Source: Candidatus Pacebacteria bacterium CG_4_10_14_0_8_um_filter_42_14 (GTDB taxonomy: Bacteria > Patescibacteriota > Microgenomatia > UBA1400 > PJMF01). From it: 59,660 bases of DNA. The notes beneath the pieces are model-generated. The model did no database searches and was not told the origin of the DNA. It saw nothing but the letters and a program-made list of their open reading frames with translations. The stretch spans positions 1-59,660 of the forward strand of contig PFLP01000027.1 of the NCBI GenBank assembly GCA_002784625.1, read 5' to 3'. A program made the position numbers and the translations under genes. Numbering within the stretch: the first letter of the stretch is position 1; every line of letters starts with the position of its first letter. This document shows positions 39,370-48,944 of this stretch, one piece after another.

Positions 39370-39759
39370 ATGACCGATCCTATAGCAGATCTACTAATCA
39401 GAATAAAAAATGCTCTTTGGGCTCGACATACTGAGCTTGAGGTGCCTTATTCTAGACTGAAACATTCATTGGCAGACATTCTCGTGGCCGAAGGTTATCT
39501 CGAGAAAGTCAGTATCGACAAAACTGGGCAGTTTCCAGTTCTTCACCTTGTTTTGAAGTACATTGGTAGAATTCCAGCTGTGAATGACGTTAAACGCCTT
39601 TCTAAACCAGGTCGTCGTGTTTATGCACCAGCTAATAAAATTCCCCAGTCACTCGGTGGCTATGGCATCACAATATTATCTACAAATCAAGGATTGCTAA
39701 CACAAAGAGAGGCTCGCAAGCGAAATGTCGGCGGCGAACTTCTTTGTCAGGTCTGGTAA
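39370..39759 (+). CDS. rpsH: 30S ribosomal protein uS8
   Basis: MTDPIADLLIRIKNA, SKPGRRVY, GGELLCQVW. Confidence 0.99.
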   Translation: MTDPIADLLIRIKNALWARHTELEVPYSRLKHSLADILVAEGYLEKVSIDKTGQFPVLHLVLKYIGRIPAVNDVKRLSKPGRRVYAPANKIPQSLGGYGITILSTNQGLLTQREARKRNVGGELLCQVW

Positions 39760-39761
39760 AT

Positions 39762-40301
39762 ATGTCAAGAATCGGAAAAAAACCAATCATCATTCCAGCT
39801 GGAGTATCAATCACAGAAGTGAAGGGTGCAGTTGAAGTCAAAGGTCCAAAGGGCATGGTTTCTGTTCCTAACGTCCAGTACATTAAATTGAATATTACAG
39901 CCGCAGAGATTGTAGTCGAGAGAACAAATGATCAAAAGCAGGCTCGCGCCAATCATGGACTTATCAGAAGTTTGTTGCAGAATGCTGTAGTTGGTGTCAC
40001 CGAAGGTTTTGTTAAAACTCTTAAATTAGTCGGCACAGGTTATCGTGTTCAGGCAAAAGGCCAGGGAATTTCACTTGCCGTTGGTTTTTCACACACAGTT
40101 GAAGTCCCAGCTAAAGATGGCTTGTCATTCAGCGTTCAGGGGAATGACACCATCGTTATAACTGGGGTTGATAAACAGCGTGTCGGCCAGATTGCTGCTG
40201 AGATCAGAAGCATCCGCCCACCAGAGCCATACAAGGGCAAGGGCGTTCGATATCAAGACGAAGTAGTAAGAAGAAAGCAAGGAAAAACTGCATCAGCGTA
40301 G
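39762..40301 (+). CDS. rplF: 50S ribosomal protein uL6
   Basis: MSRIGKKPI, RPPEPYKGKGVRY. Confidence 0.99.
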   Translation: MSRIGKKPIIIPAGVSITEVKGAVEVKGPKGMVSVPNVQYIKLNITAAEIVVERTNDQKQARANHGLIRSLLQNAVVGVTEGFVKTLKLVGTGYRVQAKGQGISLAVGFSHTVEVPAKDGLSFSVQGNDTIVITGVDKQRVGQIAAEIRSIRPPEPYKGKGVRYQDEVVRRKQGKTASA

Positions 40302-40313
40302 TTTTTACATCTA

Positions 40314-40670
40314 ATGGCTAAATCATTTCACCACCTTACTACTGCTCAACTACGACAAAACCGCGTTCGTGCTAATATGCATGGTACGGCCGAGCGTCCA
40401 AGACTTAGTGTTTCTCGATCTAATAAACATCTGTCAGTACAGGCCATCGATGATGACGCTGGAGTGACGATTGTTGGCATGAGTGACAAACAACTTGCCA
40501 AGAAAAAGACTACAAAAACCGAAGCTGGTAAACTACTTGCATTAGCATTAGGAAAAGCTTTGATTGAGAAGAAGATTAAAAAAGCATCCTTTGACAGAGG
40601 TAAAAATGCATATCTTGGTAGAATACGTTCATTCGCTGAGTCAGTAAGAGAAGCAGGAATTAAAGTTTAA
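40314..40670 (+). CDS. rplR: 50S ribosomal protein uL18
   Basis: RPRLSVSRSNKH, FDRG..YLGRI. Confidence 0.98.
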   Translation: MAKSFHHLTTAQLRQNRVRANMHGTAERPRLSVSRSNKHLSVQAIDDDAGVTIVGMSDKQLAKKKTTKTEAGKLLALALGKALIEKKIKKASFDRGKNAYLGRIRSFAESVREAGIKV

Positions 40671-40672
40671 TT

Positions 40673-41386
40673 ATGGCATACGAGCAAACACCACCATCAG
40701 AATTTGAAGAGAAGGTCATCCAAATCTCGCGCGTCTCCAAAAAGACGAAGGGCGGAAACAAAGTTGGTTTCTCAGTTCTTATGGTCGTTGGCGATAAAAA
40801 AGGCAAAGTTGGAGTTGGTCTTGGTAAAGCGCCAGATGTTCAGTCAGCTATGAAAAAAGGTGCAAAAAAAGCCAAGAAACGCATGATCGTCGTTCCAATT
40901 GACGGTACAACTATTCCCTTTAAATTTACCATTAAGCTTGGAGCCGGTAGGGTTATGCTCAAACCAGCCCCTAAGGGTTCTGGAGTTATTGCTGGTGGCC
41001 CAGTTCGCGCCGTGGTTGAGGCAGCAGGCATCAGAGATATTTCCAGTAAAATTCTCGGTACACAGAATCAAGCTTCAAATGTGTACGCCACATTCGCAGC
41101 CTTACAAGAAATTTCTCGTATCGTCACTCTAAAGGGTATATCCCTAAAATCTATTGCTCAGGTTGAGGCAGAAGAAGATGCAAAACTTTTAGAGGAGCAA
41201 AAGAGATTAAAGTCTGTGGCCGCTAAAGATCCAGTTGCAACTAAAAAAGTAGTTACCAAGCCAAAAAGCAAGGAAGAGCCAAAAGTTACAGCCAAACCAA
41301 AAGTTGCTCCAAAGCCTAAAACCACACCGAAAACCGCAAAAATAAAAGCTAAAAAACCAGCGGCTAAAAAGAATATAAAGAAATAA
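40673..41386 (+). CDS. rpsE: 30S ribosomal protein uS5 with K/P/A-rich tail
   Basis: [33 protein letters not shown]. Confidence 0.98.
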   Translation: MAYEQTPPSEFEEKVIQISRVSKKTKGGNKVGFSVLMVVGDKKGKVGVGLGKAPDVQSAMKKGAKKAKKRMIVVPIDGTTIPFKFTIKLGAGRVMLKPAPKGSGVIAGGPVRAVVEAAGIRDISSKILGTQNQASNVYATFAALQEISRIVTLKGISLKSIAQVEAEEDAKLLEEQKRLKSVAAKDPVATKKVVTKPKSKEEPKVTAKPKVAPKPKTTPKTAKIKAKKPAAKKNIKK

Positions 41387-41391
41387 CCAAA

Positions 41392-41841
41392 ATGTCATTA
41401 GTCTCGAAATTATTCCCAATTATCACCCGCCGCAAAAAACGACTTGGTCGCGGTTATGGTTCCGGAAAAGGTGGTCATACATCTGGTCGCGGTACTAAAG
41501 GACAGAAATCTCGAAGCGGCAGTAAAGTTCCTCTTTGGTTCGAAGGTGGTCAATTAGCCTTAATCAAGCGTATGCCAATGCTTCGTGGAAAAAGTCGACT
41601 GAAATCATTCGATCGAATTGCTATGATTACCCTCACTGATCTGAATCGCATGAAGGCTACGGATATCTCTTTTGAAACTCTAAAGCTTGAGGGCGTTGTT
41701 AGTCGTGCTGCCCGATCAGCAAAAGTTGTAAACACTGGTAAGCTTGAGAGAAAAATAACTTTAACAGGTATTAAAACTACAGCGTCTGCCCGACAGCAGG
41801 TTGAGGCGGCTGGGGGAAGCGTGGTTACTTCCACAGAGTAA
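41392..41841 (+). CDS. rplO: 50S ribosomal protein uL15
   Basis: [28 protein letters not shown]. Confidence 0.98.
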   Translation: MSLVSKLFPIITRRKKRLGRGYGSGKGGHTSGRGTKGQKSRSGSKVPLWFEGGQLALIKRMPMLRGKSRLKSFDRIAMITLTDLNRMKATDISFETLKLEGVVSRAARSAKVVNTGKLERKITLTGIKTTASARQQVEAAGGSVVTSTE

Positions 41842-41853
41842 TCACTACTACTC

Positions 41854-43137
41854 GTGCAAAAATTTACCACATTTCTCAAACGCCTCGCTAATACTCCAGA
41901 ACTCCGTAATAAAATTCTTTTTACAGCCCTAATCTTTTTAGTTTTCAGAATCATGGCTCACATTCCGTTGCCGGCTGTCGATATTGATCGTCTACAACAA
42001 TTATTCAGTTCTAGTCAATTTCTTAGCCTCTTAAACGTATTTTCTGGCGGTACTCTGGCTAATTTTTCTGTAGTTGCCGTGGGTATCAATCCATACATTA
42101 CCGCCTCGATTGTGATGCAACTTGGTGGCATGGTTATTCCAAAACTTAAAGAAATGCAAAAAGATGGTGAGTCTGGTCGAGAAAAAGTTAATCAATATAC
42201 TCGACTTCTTTCTGTGCCATTAGGAATAGTCCAGAGCATCTCCGTACTAGCCCTGCTTCGTTCCCAAAATCTACTAACGTCCTCAGATCCTTTGGTTCTT
42301 GGTGTGGTCATCTTGTCTCTCGTAGCTGGAGCCCTCATCGTGATGTGGATCGGGGAATTAATTTCACTTTACGGGATTGGTAACGGAATTTCTATGATTC
42401 TTTTTGCTGGCATTGTTAGTCAATTGCCCACTGCTGCCGCTCAGGTTTGGTCACTTACCTCAGCAGATCAGCTCATGACAACATTCGTCTTTTTAAGTCT
42501 TTTCTTGGCGGTAATTGGTTTTATCGTTTTTATGACGGAAGCTATCCGCAAAATTCCAATTCAGTACGCCAAGCGTACTAAGGGAAGTAGGGTCTACGGA
42601 GGTCAAACAACCCATTTACCGGTTAGAGTTAACGTCGCTGGTGTCTTACCAATTATTTTTGCAGTTTCCCTAATGTTGGTGCCTTCTTTCATTGCTAGAA
42701 TTCTAATAGCTACCGATAAAGCCAACCTAATTTCTATTGGTCAGCAGCTTACTATTTGGTTTAATCAAACCTCTGTTGTCTACATCACCATTTATTTTCT
42801 TGTTGTCTTGGTTTTCACTTATTTCTCAGCCTTGATTTTCTTTAATGCCGAAGATATCTCTGGAGAACTAAAGAAAGGTGGAGCCTTCATTCCTGGTATC
42901 AGGCCGGGCTCTCCAACTAAGAAGTATCTCGAGTTTGTAGTGACAAGAATCACCGTTGCCGGAGCACTTTTTCTTGGATGCATTGCCATCCTCCCATCCA
43001 TTGCTCAGATGTTAACGAATATCCAATCTTTGGCTATCGGAGGAACCGGAGTCCTAATTGTTGTTTCAGTTATTTTAGAGACAACAAAGCAAGCAGAGAG
43101 TATGCTCGTAGAACAGAATTACGATAGGTATATTTAA
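41854..43137 (+). CDS. secY: Preprotein translocase SecY
   Basis: [39 protein letters not shown]. Confidence 0.99.
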   Translation: MQKFTTFLKRLANTPELRNKILFTALIFLVFRIMAHIPLPAVDIDRLQQLFSSSQFLSLLNVFSGGTLANFSVVAVGINPYITASIVMQLGGMVIPKLKEMQKDGESGREKVNQYTRLLSVPLGIVQSISVLALLRSQNLLTSSDPLVLGVVILSLVAGALIVMWIGELISLYGIGNGISMILFAGIVSQLPTAAAQVWSLTSADQLMTTFVFLSLFLAVIGFIVFMTEAIRKIPIQYAKRTKGSRVYGGQTTHLPVRVNVAGVLPIIFAVSLMLVPSFIARILIATDKANLISIGQQLTIWFNQTSVVYITIYFLVVLVFTYFSALIFFNAEDISGELKKGGAFIPGIRPGSPTKKYLEFVVTRITVAGALFLGCIAILPSIAQMLTNIQSLAIGGTGVLIVVSVILETTKQAESMLVEQNYDRYI

Positions 43138-43155
43138 TTGGCTATTGAAGTAGCA

Positions 43156-43704
43156 ATGAAAGACCGCACTATGCACATAGTTCTAATCGGTATTCAGGGT
43201 GCTGGCAAATCAACTCAGGGTACAATGCTTTCTGAGAAGTATAATATTCCATACCTCTCATCGGGGCATATTTTTCGTGAGATGGCGAAGGAAAAAACCA
43301 AACTTGGCCGCTGGTTGAAAGAGACAATGAATTCTGGAGCTTTGATTCCAGATACCACAACTTTAGAAATTGTTTTGACCTACATAGAAAAACCAGAGTA
43401 CGCCAATGGCTATATTCTTGATGGTTTTCCCAGAACTGTGGCTCAGGCAAAAGCTTTCAATGGCAGTATTGAGCACGTTATTTATCTCAACGTCTCTGAT
43501 AAAGAAGCCTTATGGAGAATATCTGGTAGAACAGATGTTAGAGAAGATGAAACCTTGGCCGCACTTCGCAAAAGAATTTCTCTCTTTCACTCTGTGACGA
43601 CACCAGTTCTTGACTACTACAAAGACAGAGGCGTACTTCATGAAGTCGACGGTGAAGTTTCTGTTGAAGAGGTCTTTGCCCAAATAACTGCCGTCCTTAA
43701 GTAG
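43156..43704 (+). CDS. adk: Adenylate kinase (short LID type); start ATG 43156 or 43171
   Basis: GIQGAGKSTQ, LSSGHIFR, ILDGFPRT, REDE. Confidence 0.93.
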   Translation: MKDRTMHIVLIGIQGAGKSTQGTMLSEKYNIPYLSSGHIFREMAKEKTKLGRWLKETMNSGALIPDTTTLEIVLTYIEKPEYANGYILDGFPRTVAQAKAFNGSIEHVIYLNVSDKEALWRISGRTDVREDETLAALRKRISLFHSVTTPVLDYYKDRGVLHEVDGEVSVEEVFAQITAVLK

Positions 43705-43716
43705 TTTAAGTTTAAT

Positions 43717-44469
43717 ATGGACCAACACGATCAAAAAAGAATTGTAGCTATGCGCGCTGGTGGTGCGAAGCTAGCTTTGATTCGCGAAGAACTAGTTTCC
43801 AGATCAAAGATTGGCGTTTCATTTGCTCAAATAGAAGATTGGGCTCAGAGCCTAATTGCTGAGAGTAAAGCCTTGCCAAGTTTTTCAACTGTCTCGGGCT
43901 ATGGCTGGGCCACTTGCATCATGAAAAATAATGAGCTCTGCCATGGGATTCCCACAAAGGAAAAAGTCATCGTTGATGGTGATTTGATCACAATTGATAT
44001 TGGCTTGATTAATGATGGTTTTCATCTTGACACCACTACGAGTTTTGCTGTTGGCAAGGTTCATCCAAATGTTAGCGAATTTTTGGCGGTAGGTAAGAAG
44101 AGCCTGAGAGCGGCGATCGAGCGCATCAAAACAGGAGTTAGTGTTTATGAAGTCAGCAGGGCTATGGAGAAGGTTTTGGATAAGCATGGCTTCGGAGCTG
44201 TCACCCAACTTACTGGTCACGGCGTTGGTAAAGAGCTCCACATGGAGCCCAGCATTCCTGTTTCACCTCAGAAAAGTGACAAGCGCGTTTTCCTACGCTC
44301 AGGTCAAACCATCGCCGTTGAAGTTATGTATACAGCGGGAGATCCACTATTAGTTGTGGCCGATGATGAGTGGACATACGAAACAGCTGACAACTCACTT
44401 TCCGGTATGTTTGAAGAAACTGTCTTGGTAACTGACAATGGTCCAGAGGTGCTGACAAAAGTCCCATAA
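43717..44469 (+). CDS. map: Methionine aminopeptidase type I
   Basis: CHGIP, DIG..D, TGHGVGKELHMEP, AVEVM, FEETV. Confidence 0.96.
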   Translation: MDQHDQKRIVAMRAGGAKLALIREELVSRSKIGVSFAQIEDWAQSLIAESKALPSFSTVSGYGWATCIMKNNELCHGIPTKEKVIVDGDLITIDIGLINDGFHLDTTTSFAVGKVHPNVSEFLAVGKKSLRAAIERIKTGVSVYEVSRAMEKVLDKHGFGAVTQLTGHGVGKELHMEPSIPVSPQKSDKRVFLRSGQTIAVEVMYTAGDPLLVVADDEWTYETADNSLSGMFEETVLVTDNGPEVLTKVP

Positions 44470-44480
44470 TTTGTTACAAT
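44452..44480 (+). promoter_or_regulatory. Internal promoter for infA
   Basis: CTGACA(44452-57)-17 nt-TACAAT(44475-80) with extended TG. Confidence 0.65.
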
Positions 44481-44520
44481 GATCGTCTGCATTAAGCCTG
44501 GAGGTTGCGCAGAAAAATTT

Positions 44521-44850
44521 ATGGGAAAAGTACAAGATCACAAGCAAGCTGAAAAAGCTCGACGTCAAGTTGACACGACAACCAATCGTTCAGCTGCCGT
44601 TGATCGTTTTGAGGTAGTTGGCTACGTTGAACAATGCTTGCCCAATACCATGTTCAGAGTCAAGGTCACAGAGTCTCCAGTCACCCAAATGGTTGGTCAC
44701 TCTCTGCTTGGAACTCTAGTTGGAAAGATGAGATTATTCAGAATTCGAGTTATGCCAGGAGATTTAATCAAGGGATATGTATCTAAATATGACCTCAATA
44801 AGTGTAAAATCACTTATAGATCAACCAAAAAAGAGATGCAGTCAATTTAA
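44521..44850 (+). CDS. infA: Translation initiation factor IF-1 (extended, 109 aa)
   Basis: EVVGYVEQCLPNTMFRV, GKMRLFRIRVMPGD, SKYDLNKCKITYR; position between map and rpmJ. Confidence 0.92.
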   Translation: MGKVQDHKQAEKARRQVDTTTNRSAAVDRFEVVGYVEQCLPNTMFRVKVTESPVTQMVGHSLLGTLVGKMRLFRIRVMPGDLIKGYVSKYDLNKCKITYRSTKKEMQSI

Positions 44851-44902
44851 GCCTTTTCAAAATTAGCTACACCTGGTATAGTTCAGGGCTCTTGAGACAA
44901 AC

Positions 44903-45016
44903 ATGAAAGTACGTACATCACTAAAAAAAATCTGCATTAATTGCAAGTTTGTACGCCGAAAAGGCGTACTGCGTGTAACATGCACGAATCCAAAGCATAA
45001 GCAAAGGCAGGGTTAA
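44903..45016 (+). CDS. rpmJ: 50S ribosomal protein bL36, Zn-ribbon type (not in ORF track)
   Basis: Hand translation [37 protein letters not shown]; TGgTATAGT at 44874-82 upstream. Confidence 0.98.
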   Translation: MKVRTSLKKICINCKFVRRKGVLRVTCTNPKHKQRQG

Positions 45017-45018
45017 TT

Positions 45019-45420
45019 ATGATCAGAATTGTTGGCGTTGATCTACCAGAAAACAAGAAGATTTTATTTGCATTGCAGAGTATCTATGGCATAGGTCCTA
45101 AGCGTGCAGAAATTGTTTTGGGAGAAGCGAATGTAGATCCACACAAAAGAACACGCGATCTTTCTGCTGATGAAGTTAATCGAATTCAGAGAAGCATTGA
45201 TAGATATCAGGTAGAAGGAAATCTTAGAAGAGAAATCAATGACAACATTGACAGACTTAAGCGCACCGGTTCCTACCGAGGCAAGCGTCTGGCCGCTCAT
45301 CTGCCAGCACGTGGACAAAGAACTCGCACAAATTCACGAAGTGCTCGCGGAGGTGGTCGTAGACGCACTGTCGGCTCAATGACAAAAGAGATGGCAGCTA
45401 AACTTGAAACTTCGAAATAA
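45019..45420 (+). CDS. rpsM: 30S ribosomal protein uS13
   Basis: RIVGVDLP, IYGIG, LPARGQRTRTN. Confidence 0.99.
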   Translation: MIRIVGVDLPENKKILFALQSIYGIGPKRAEIVLGEANVDPHKRTRDLSADEVNRIQRSIDRYQVEGNLRREINDNIDRLKRTGSYRGKRLAAHLPARGQRTRTNSRSARGGGRRRTVGSMTKEMAAKLETSK

Positions 45421-45423
45421 TTT

Positions 45424-45822
45424 ATGGCAACAAAAGACACAAAAAAATCAGCGCCAGTAAAAGTGAATAAGGTTGTACCTAAGGGTAGACTTTATATCAC
45501 TGCTACCTTCAATAGTACTCTTGCGAGTATTACTGATGAGCAAGGCAATGTTTTATGTTGGTCTTCAGCTGGTGAGTCAGGTTTTTCTGGTTCAAGAAAA
45601 TCAACGCCATATGCGGCTACGATTACTGTTGAGAATGCTGTAAATAAAGCAAAAGCTTTCGGTATGCAACACATGGATTTATACATCAAAGGACCAGGCC
45701 CAGGTCGAGATGTAGCTTTAAGAGTTCTTCGAGCTCAAGGCATTAAAATTAGTCTCATTGCTGATCTCACTCCAGATCCACACAACGGTACACGCCCAAG
45801 GAAAGCAAAACACAATAAATAG
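45424..45822 (+). CDS. rpsK: 30S ribosomal protein uS11
   Basis: ATFNST, GSRKSTPYAA, KGPGPGR, PHNGTRP. Confidence 0.99.
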   Translation: MATKDTKKSAPVKVNKVVPKGRLYITATFNSTLASITDEQGNVLCWSSAGESGFSGSRKSTPYAATITVENAVNKAKAFGMQHMDLYIKGPGPGRDVALRVLRAQGIKISLIADLTPDPHNGTRPRKAKHNK

Positions 45823-45835
45823 ATAAGAAATTTTT

Positions 45836-46441
45836 ATGTCAAGATATACAGGACCAAGAAATAAACGTGCGCGACAAGTCGGAGAAGATCTTTCTCTGAA
45901 GACTAACGCCTTGAAAACAGCTCGTCGACTTATGGTTAGACCAGGTCAGCATGGCTTGAAGCACCGTCGAAAGCTTTCAGATTTCGGTACCCAACTTCAA
46001 GAAAAACAAAAGCTGAAGTACTTCTATGGCATCACTGAGAAACAATTGAGAAGAATCTACAAAGAGGCTAGTAAGAGTACTTTGGCCACTGGTTCAACTC
46101 TTCTCTCACTCCTTGAAAGAAGACTCGACAACACAATTTTCAGATTGGGTTGGGCTCCTACCAGAGCAGCAGCTCGCCAGTTAGTTTCGCATAACCATGT
46201 TCAGATCAATGGCTGTAAACAGAATGTTCCATCTTACCAGGTTAAGGTTTCTGACATTGTTATGTTAAAGACATCAGCTACGAACATTCCAGCCATCAAG
46301 ACGAGTATGGAAGAAGAGAAAGTTTTGCCAGAGTGGTTAGAGCGCAAACAAGGAGCCGCTAAAGTTCTTCGTGTTCCAGCTCGTTCCGACATTCTCGAAC
46401 CAATGACAGAACAACTAGTAGTGGAGTATTACAGTAGATAA
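45836..46441 (+). CDS. rpsD: 30S ribosomal protein uS4
   Basis: MSRYTGP, PGQHG, EKQKLK, LERRLDN, VEYYSR. Confidence 0.99.
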   Translation: MSRYTGPRNKRARQVGEDLSLKTNALKTARRLMVRPGQHGLKHRRKLSDFGTQLQEKQKLKYFYGITEKQLRRIYKEASKSTLATGSTLLSLLERRLDNTIFRLGWAPTRAAARQLVSHNHVQINGCKQNVPSYQVKVSDIVMLKTSATNIPAIKTSMEEEKVLPEWLERKQGAAKVLRVPARSDILEPMTEQLVVEYYSR

Positions 46442-46509
46442 TTTAAAGTATTAACCCAGAAACAGATTCTCTCGAAAGAGAGGAGAAGAAACAAAAGGAA
46501 AAAAAGTAT

Positions 46510-47454
46510 ATGACACAAGACATCACGCACTATCCAAGCATGAATCCAACCTTTGAGGTAACTGAAGTGGTTGAAGACAGCATCAAAGCTGTCATCACCC
46601 TCGAGCCCTTAGAGCAAGGATACGGTCACACTATTGGTAATGCCCTTCGCCGAGTCTTGCTATCTTCTTTGGAAGGTGCAGCGATAACCCGAATGAGAAT
46701 CAACAACGTTGATCATCAGTTCAGCGCCATAGATGGTGTTACTGAAGATGCTTTAGAAATTGGTTTGAACCTGAAGCAAGTTCGAGTTCGTTCCGACATC
46801 AATGGCACAGGTATTCTCAACCTTTCCGTTAAAGGTCCAAAGGTAGTTACTGCAGCTGATATTGAATGTTCAACAGGCTTTTCTATTATTAACCCAACTC
46901 AGCACATCGCAACTTTGGCAAAAGGTAGCAACCTCGAAATCGAAATGACTGCGGCCACTGGAGTCGGCTATCAATTGGCCGATGATAAGCAAGCGGCCAG
47001 CATTGGTGATGTAATGCTTGATGCTTTGTTTTCACCTGTCGTCCAGGTTTCATATAAAGTTGAGTCGACTCGCGTTGGTCGCCGAACAGATTTTGATAAA
47101 CTCGTTCTTGTTGTCCAGACTGATGGTTCTATTGCTCCAATTGAAGCAACCCGAAGAGCTGCAAGAATATTATTTCGACAGTTTACCCAAGTTTACAACC
47201 CGGTTTTACCTGAGGAAAAAGAACCTGAGGAGTCATTAAGTCCAGAAGAAGCAGAAGTACTGCGACTGACTGTTGAAGAGTTAGATCTTCCAACTCGCAT
47301 AGCTAATGCTCTCCGCAAAGGTGGCTTCGCCACAGTAGGAGACCTCTCCGGTGTTCCTAAAAACACCATCGCAAAGGTTAAAAATCTTGGCGAAAAGAGT
47401 GTGGTAGTTGTTGAAGATGCATTAAATAAAAAAGGAGCTCACTTAGGCGAGTAA
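46510..47454 (+). CDS. rpoA: RNA polymerase alpha subunit (alternative start 46540)
   Basis: EPLEQGYGHTIGNALRRVLLSS, DALFSPV, KNLGEKS. Confidence 0.99.
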   Translation: MTQDITHYPSMNPTFEVTEVVEDSIKAVITLEPLEQGYGHTIGNALRRVLLSSLEGAAITRMRINNVDHQFSAIDGVTEDALEIGLNLKQVRVRSDINGTGILNLSVKGPKVVTAADIECSTGFSIINPTQHIATLAKGSNLEIEMTAATGVGYQLADDKQAASIGDVMLDALFSPVVQVSYKVESTRVGRRTDFDKLVLVVQTDGSIAPIEATRRAARILFRQFTQVYNPVLPEEKEPEESLSPEEAEVLRLTVEELDLPTRIANALRKGGFATVGDLSGVPKNTIAKVKNLGEKSVVVVEDALNKKGAHLGE

Positions 47455-47476
47455 TTGCTTGACTGACAAATAAGAT

Positions 47477-48004
47477 ATGAGGCATAGAGTAGCAAAACGC
47501 AAGTTTAACCGTGACACCAAGGCCCGCAAGGCATTGATGACTGGTTTATTGCGCCAACTAGTACTACACGGAGCAGTTGTCACCACTCAAGCTAAATCAA
47601 AAGAGCTGAAACGACAAGCTGATAAGATCATTGCTCGAGCAAAAGAAGATACAATTGCCGTACGCAGATTGCTTCACCGAACTTTTGGTAAGCGAGATGT
47701 TGTTAACTCTCTTGTTGAAAGAATAGCTCCACAATTTAGTGATCGAAAATCTGGTTTCACTACCAACCGATCATTGGGTAAGCGCCGAGGAGATAACGTT
47801 GAGTTAGTCAAGATTTCGCTTTTGACCATGCCTGACAGAGTGGGAACTTTAAAGTCAGATAAGACTCACGAGCCAGTTGTGAAAAAAGCTAAGCCAGCTG
47901 CAAAACCAGCTAAGACAACTGAAGCAAAAACTGAGAAACCAGTCACAAAGAAAAAAGCCGCTCCTAAGAAAGTAACTAAGAAAGCTCCAGCGAAGAAAAA
48001 ATAA
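47477..48004 (+). CDS. rplQ: 50S ribosomal protein bL17 with K/A/P-rich tail
   Basis: MRHR, VTTQAKSKEL, RKSGFT, RRGD. Confidence 0.98.
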   Translation: MRHRVAKRKFNRDTKARKALMTGLLRQLVLHGAVVTTQAKSKELKRQADKIIARAKEDTIAVRRLLHRTFGKRDVVNSLVERIAPQFSDRKSGFTTNRSLGKRRGDNVELVKISLLTMPDRVGTLKSDKTHEPVVKKAKPAAKPAKTTEAKTEKPVTKKKAAPKKVTKKAPAKKK

Positions 48005-48432
48005 TGCAAAAAACATTCATTCTAAAACCAGCAGACGTAGAGAGAAAATGGCACATTATTGATGTTTCTGGAAAGGTTCTTGGTAGAGCTGCAACAGAAA
48101 TTGCTCAACTTCTAATTGGCAAGGCTAAAAAAGAATTCACCCCTCACGTTGATAATGGAGACTGCGTCGTCGTTATTAATGCTTCTAAAGTCGAAGTCAC
48201 TGGCACGAAAATTAAAACAAAAATGTACTATCGCCACTCGAATTTTCCTGGCGGACTTAAAACAACCGATTTTGGTAAATTACTTGCAAAAAAACCTGAG
48301 CAGGTGATAGAGTTAGCTGTTCTGAACATGTTACCAAAAAATAAACATCGTTCGGACAGAATGACTAGATTAAAAGTGTATCCAGGAGCCGATCATAAGC
48401 ATCAGAGCCAACTCGGAGTGAAGGAAGCATAA
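48004..48432 (+). CDS. rplM: 50S ribosomal protein uL13
   Basis: WHIIDV..LGR, FTPHVDNGD, YYRHSNFPGG, MLPKN. Confidence 0.99.
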   Translation: MQKTFILKPADVERKWHIIDVSGKVLGRAATEIAQLLIGKAKKEFTPHVDNGDCVVVINASKVEVTGTKIKTKMYYRHSNFPGGLKTTDFGKLLAKKPEQVIELAVLNMLPKNKHRSDRMTRLKVYPGADHKHQSQLGVKEA

Positions 48433-48434
48433 CC

Positions 48435-48944
48435 ATGGCATTACGACTCTCAAAGAAAAAAGGACAAGCCCAAAAAGTGGTTAAGAAGATTCAACCAATT
48501 AAGAAAGCTAGGGCCGCTGCGGCATCTCTTCCCGAGCTTGATTTACCAACTGGGACATACATTGAAGGAATTGGTCGACGCAAGGTTGCCACTGCTAGAG
48601 TTCGAATTTATGAAGGAGCAACAGGTTTCTTCGTAAATGGTAAACTAGCCGAGGTCTATTTTGCCAATATCAATAACGCAGTAAAGTTATTTCATGAAGC
48701 GTTCGAGTTAACAGGAACAAAAGGTAAATTCGCCGTTTCGGCAAAAGCCTCTGGTTCTGGCGTTGCTGCTCAGCTTGACGCAGTTGTCTTAGGTTTATCT
48801 AGAGCACTAGTTAAGTTTAATCCTGAAAATCGCACTATCCTCAAAGCAGAGGGCATGTTGGTGCGCGATGACAGAATGAAAGAAACCAGAAAAATTGGTA
48901 TGGGTGGTAAAGCCCGACGTAAACGACAATCTCCAAGACGTTAG
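48435..48944 (+). CDS. rpsI: 30S ribosomal protein uS9 with basic N-terminal extension
   Basis: GRRKVATARV, RDDRMKETRK, KARRKRQSPRR. Confidence 0.97.
   Translation: MALRLSKKKGQAQKVVKKIQPIKKARAAAASLPELDLPTGTYIEGIGRRKVATARVRIYEGATGFFVNGKLAEVYFANINNAVKLFHEAFELTGTKGKFAVSAKASGSGVAAQLDAVVLGLSRALVKFNPENRTILKAEGMLVRDDRMKETRKIGMGGKARRKRQSPRR

Noticed and set aside
11723..44520. Long N-terminal extensions implied by track starts (alaS 11723, sortase 15868, fusA 28827, rplF 39744, infA 44479; also hup 53600, zwf 3983)
   Set aside because: They overlap upstream genes or promoter boxes; downstream ATGs fit family N-termini, overlaps or SD spacing better
46467..46484. GAAA-tetraloop hairpin before rpoA (and AGGCGTA/TATGCCT before rpsC at 36315-36334) as terminators
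   Set aside because: No U-tract on the coding strand; they may be processing or stability hairpins but there is no further support
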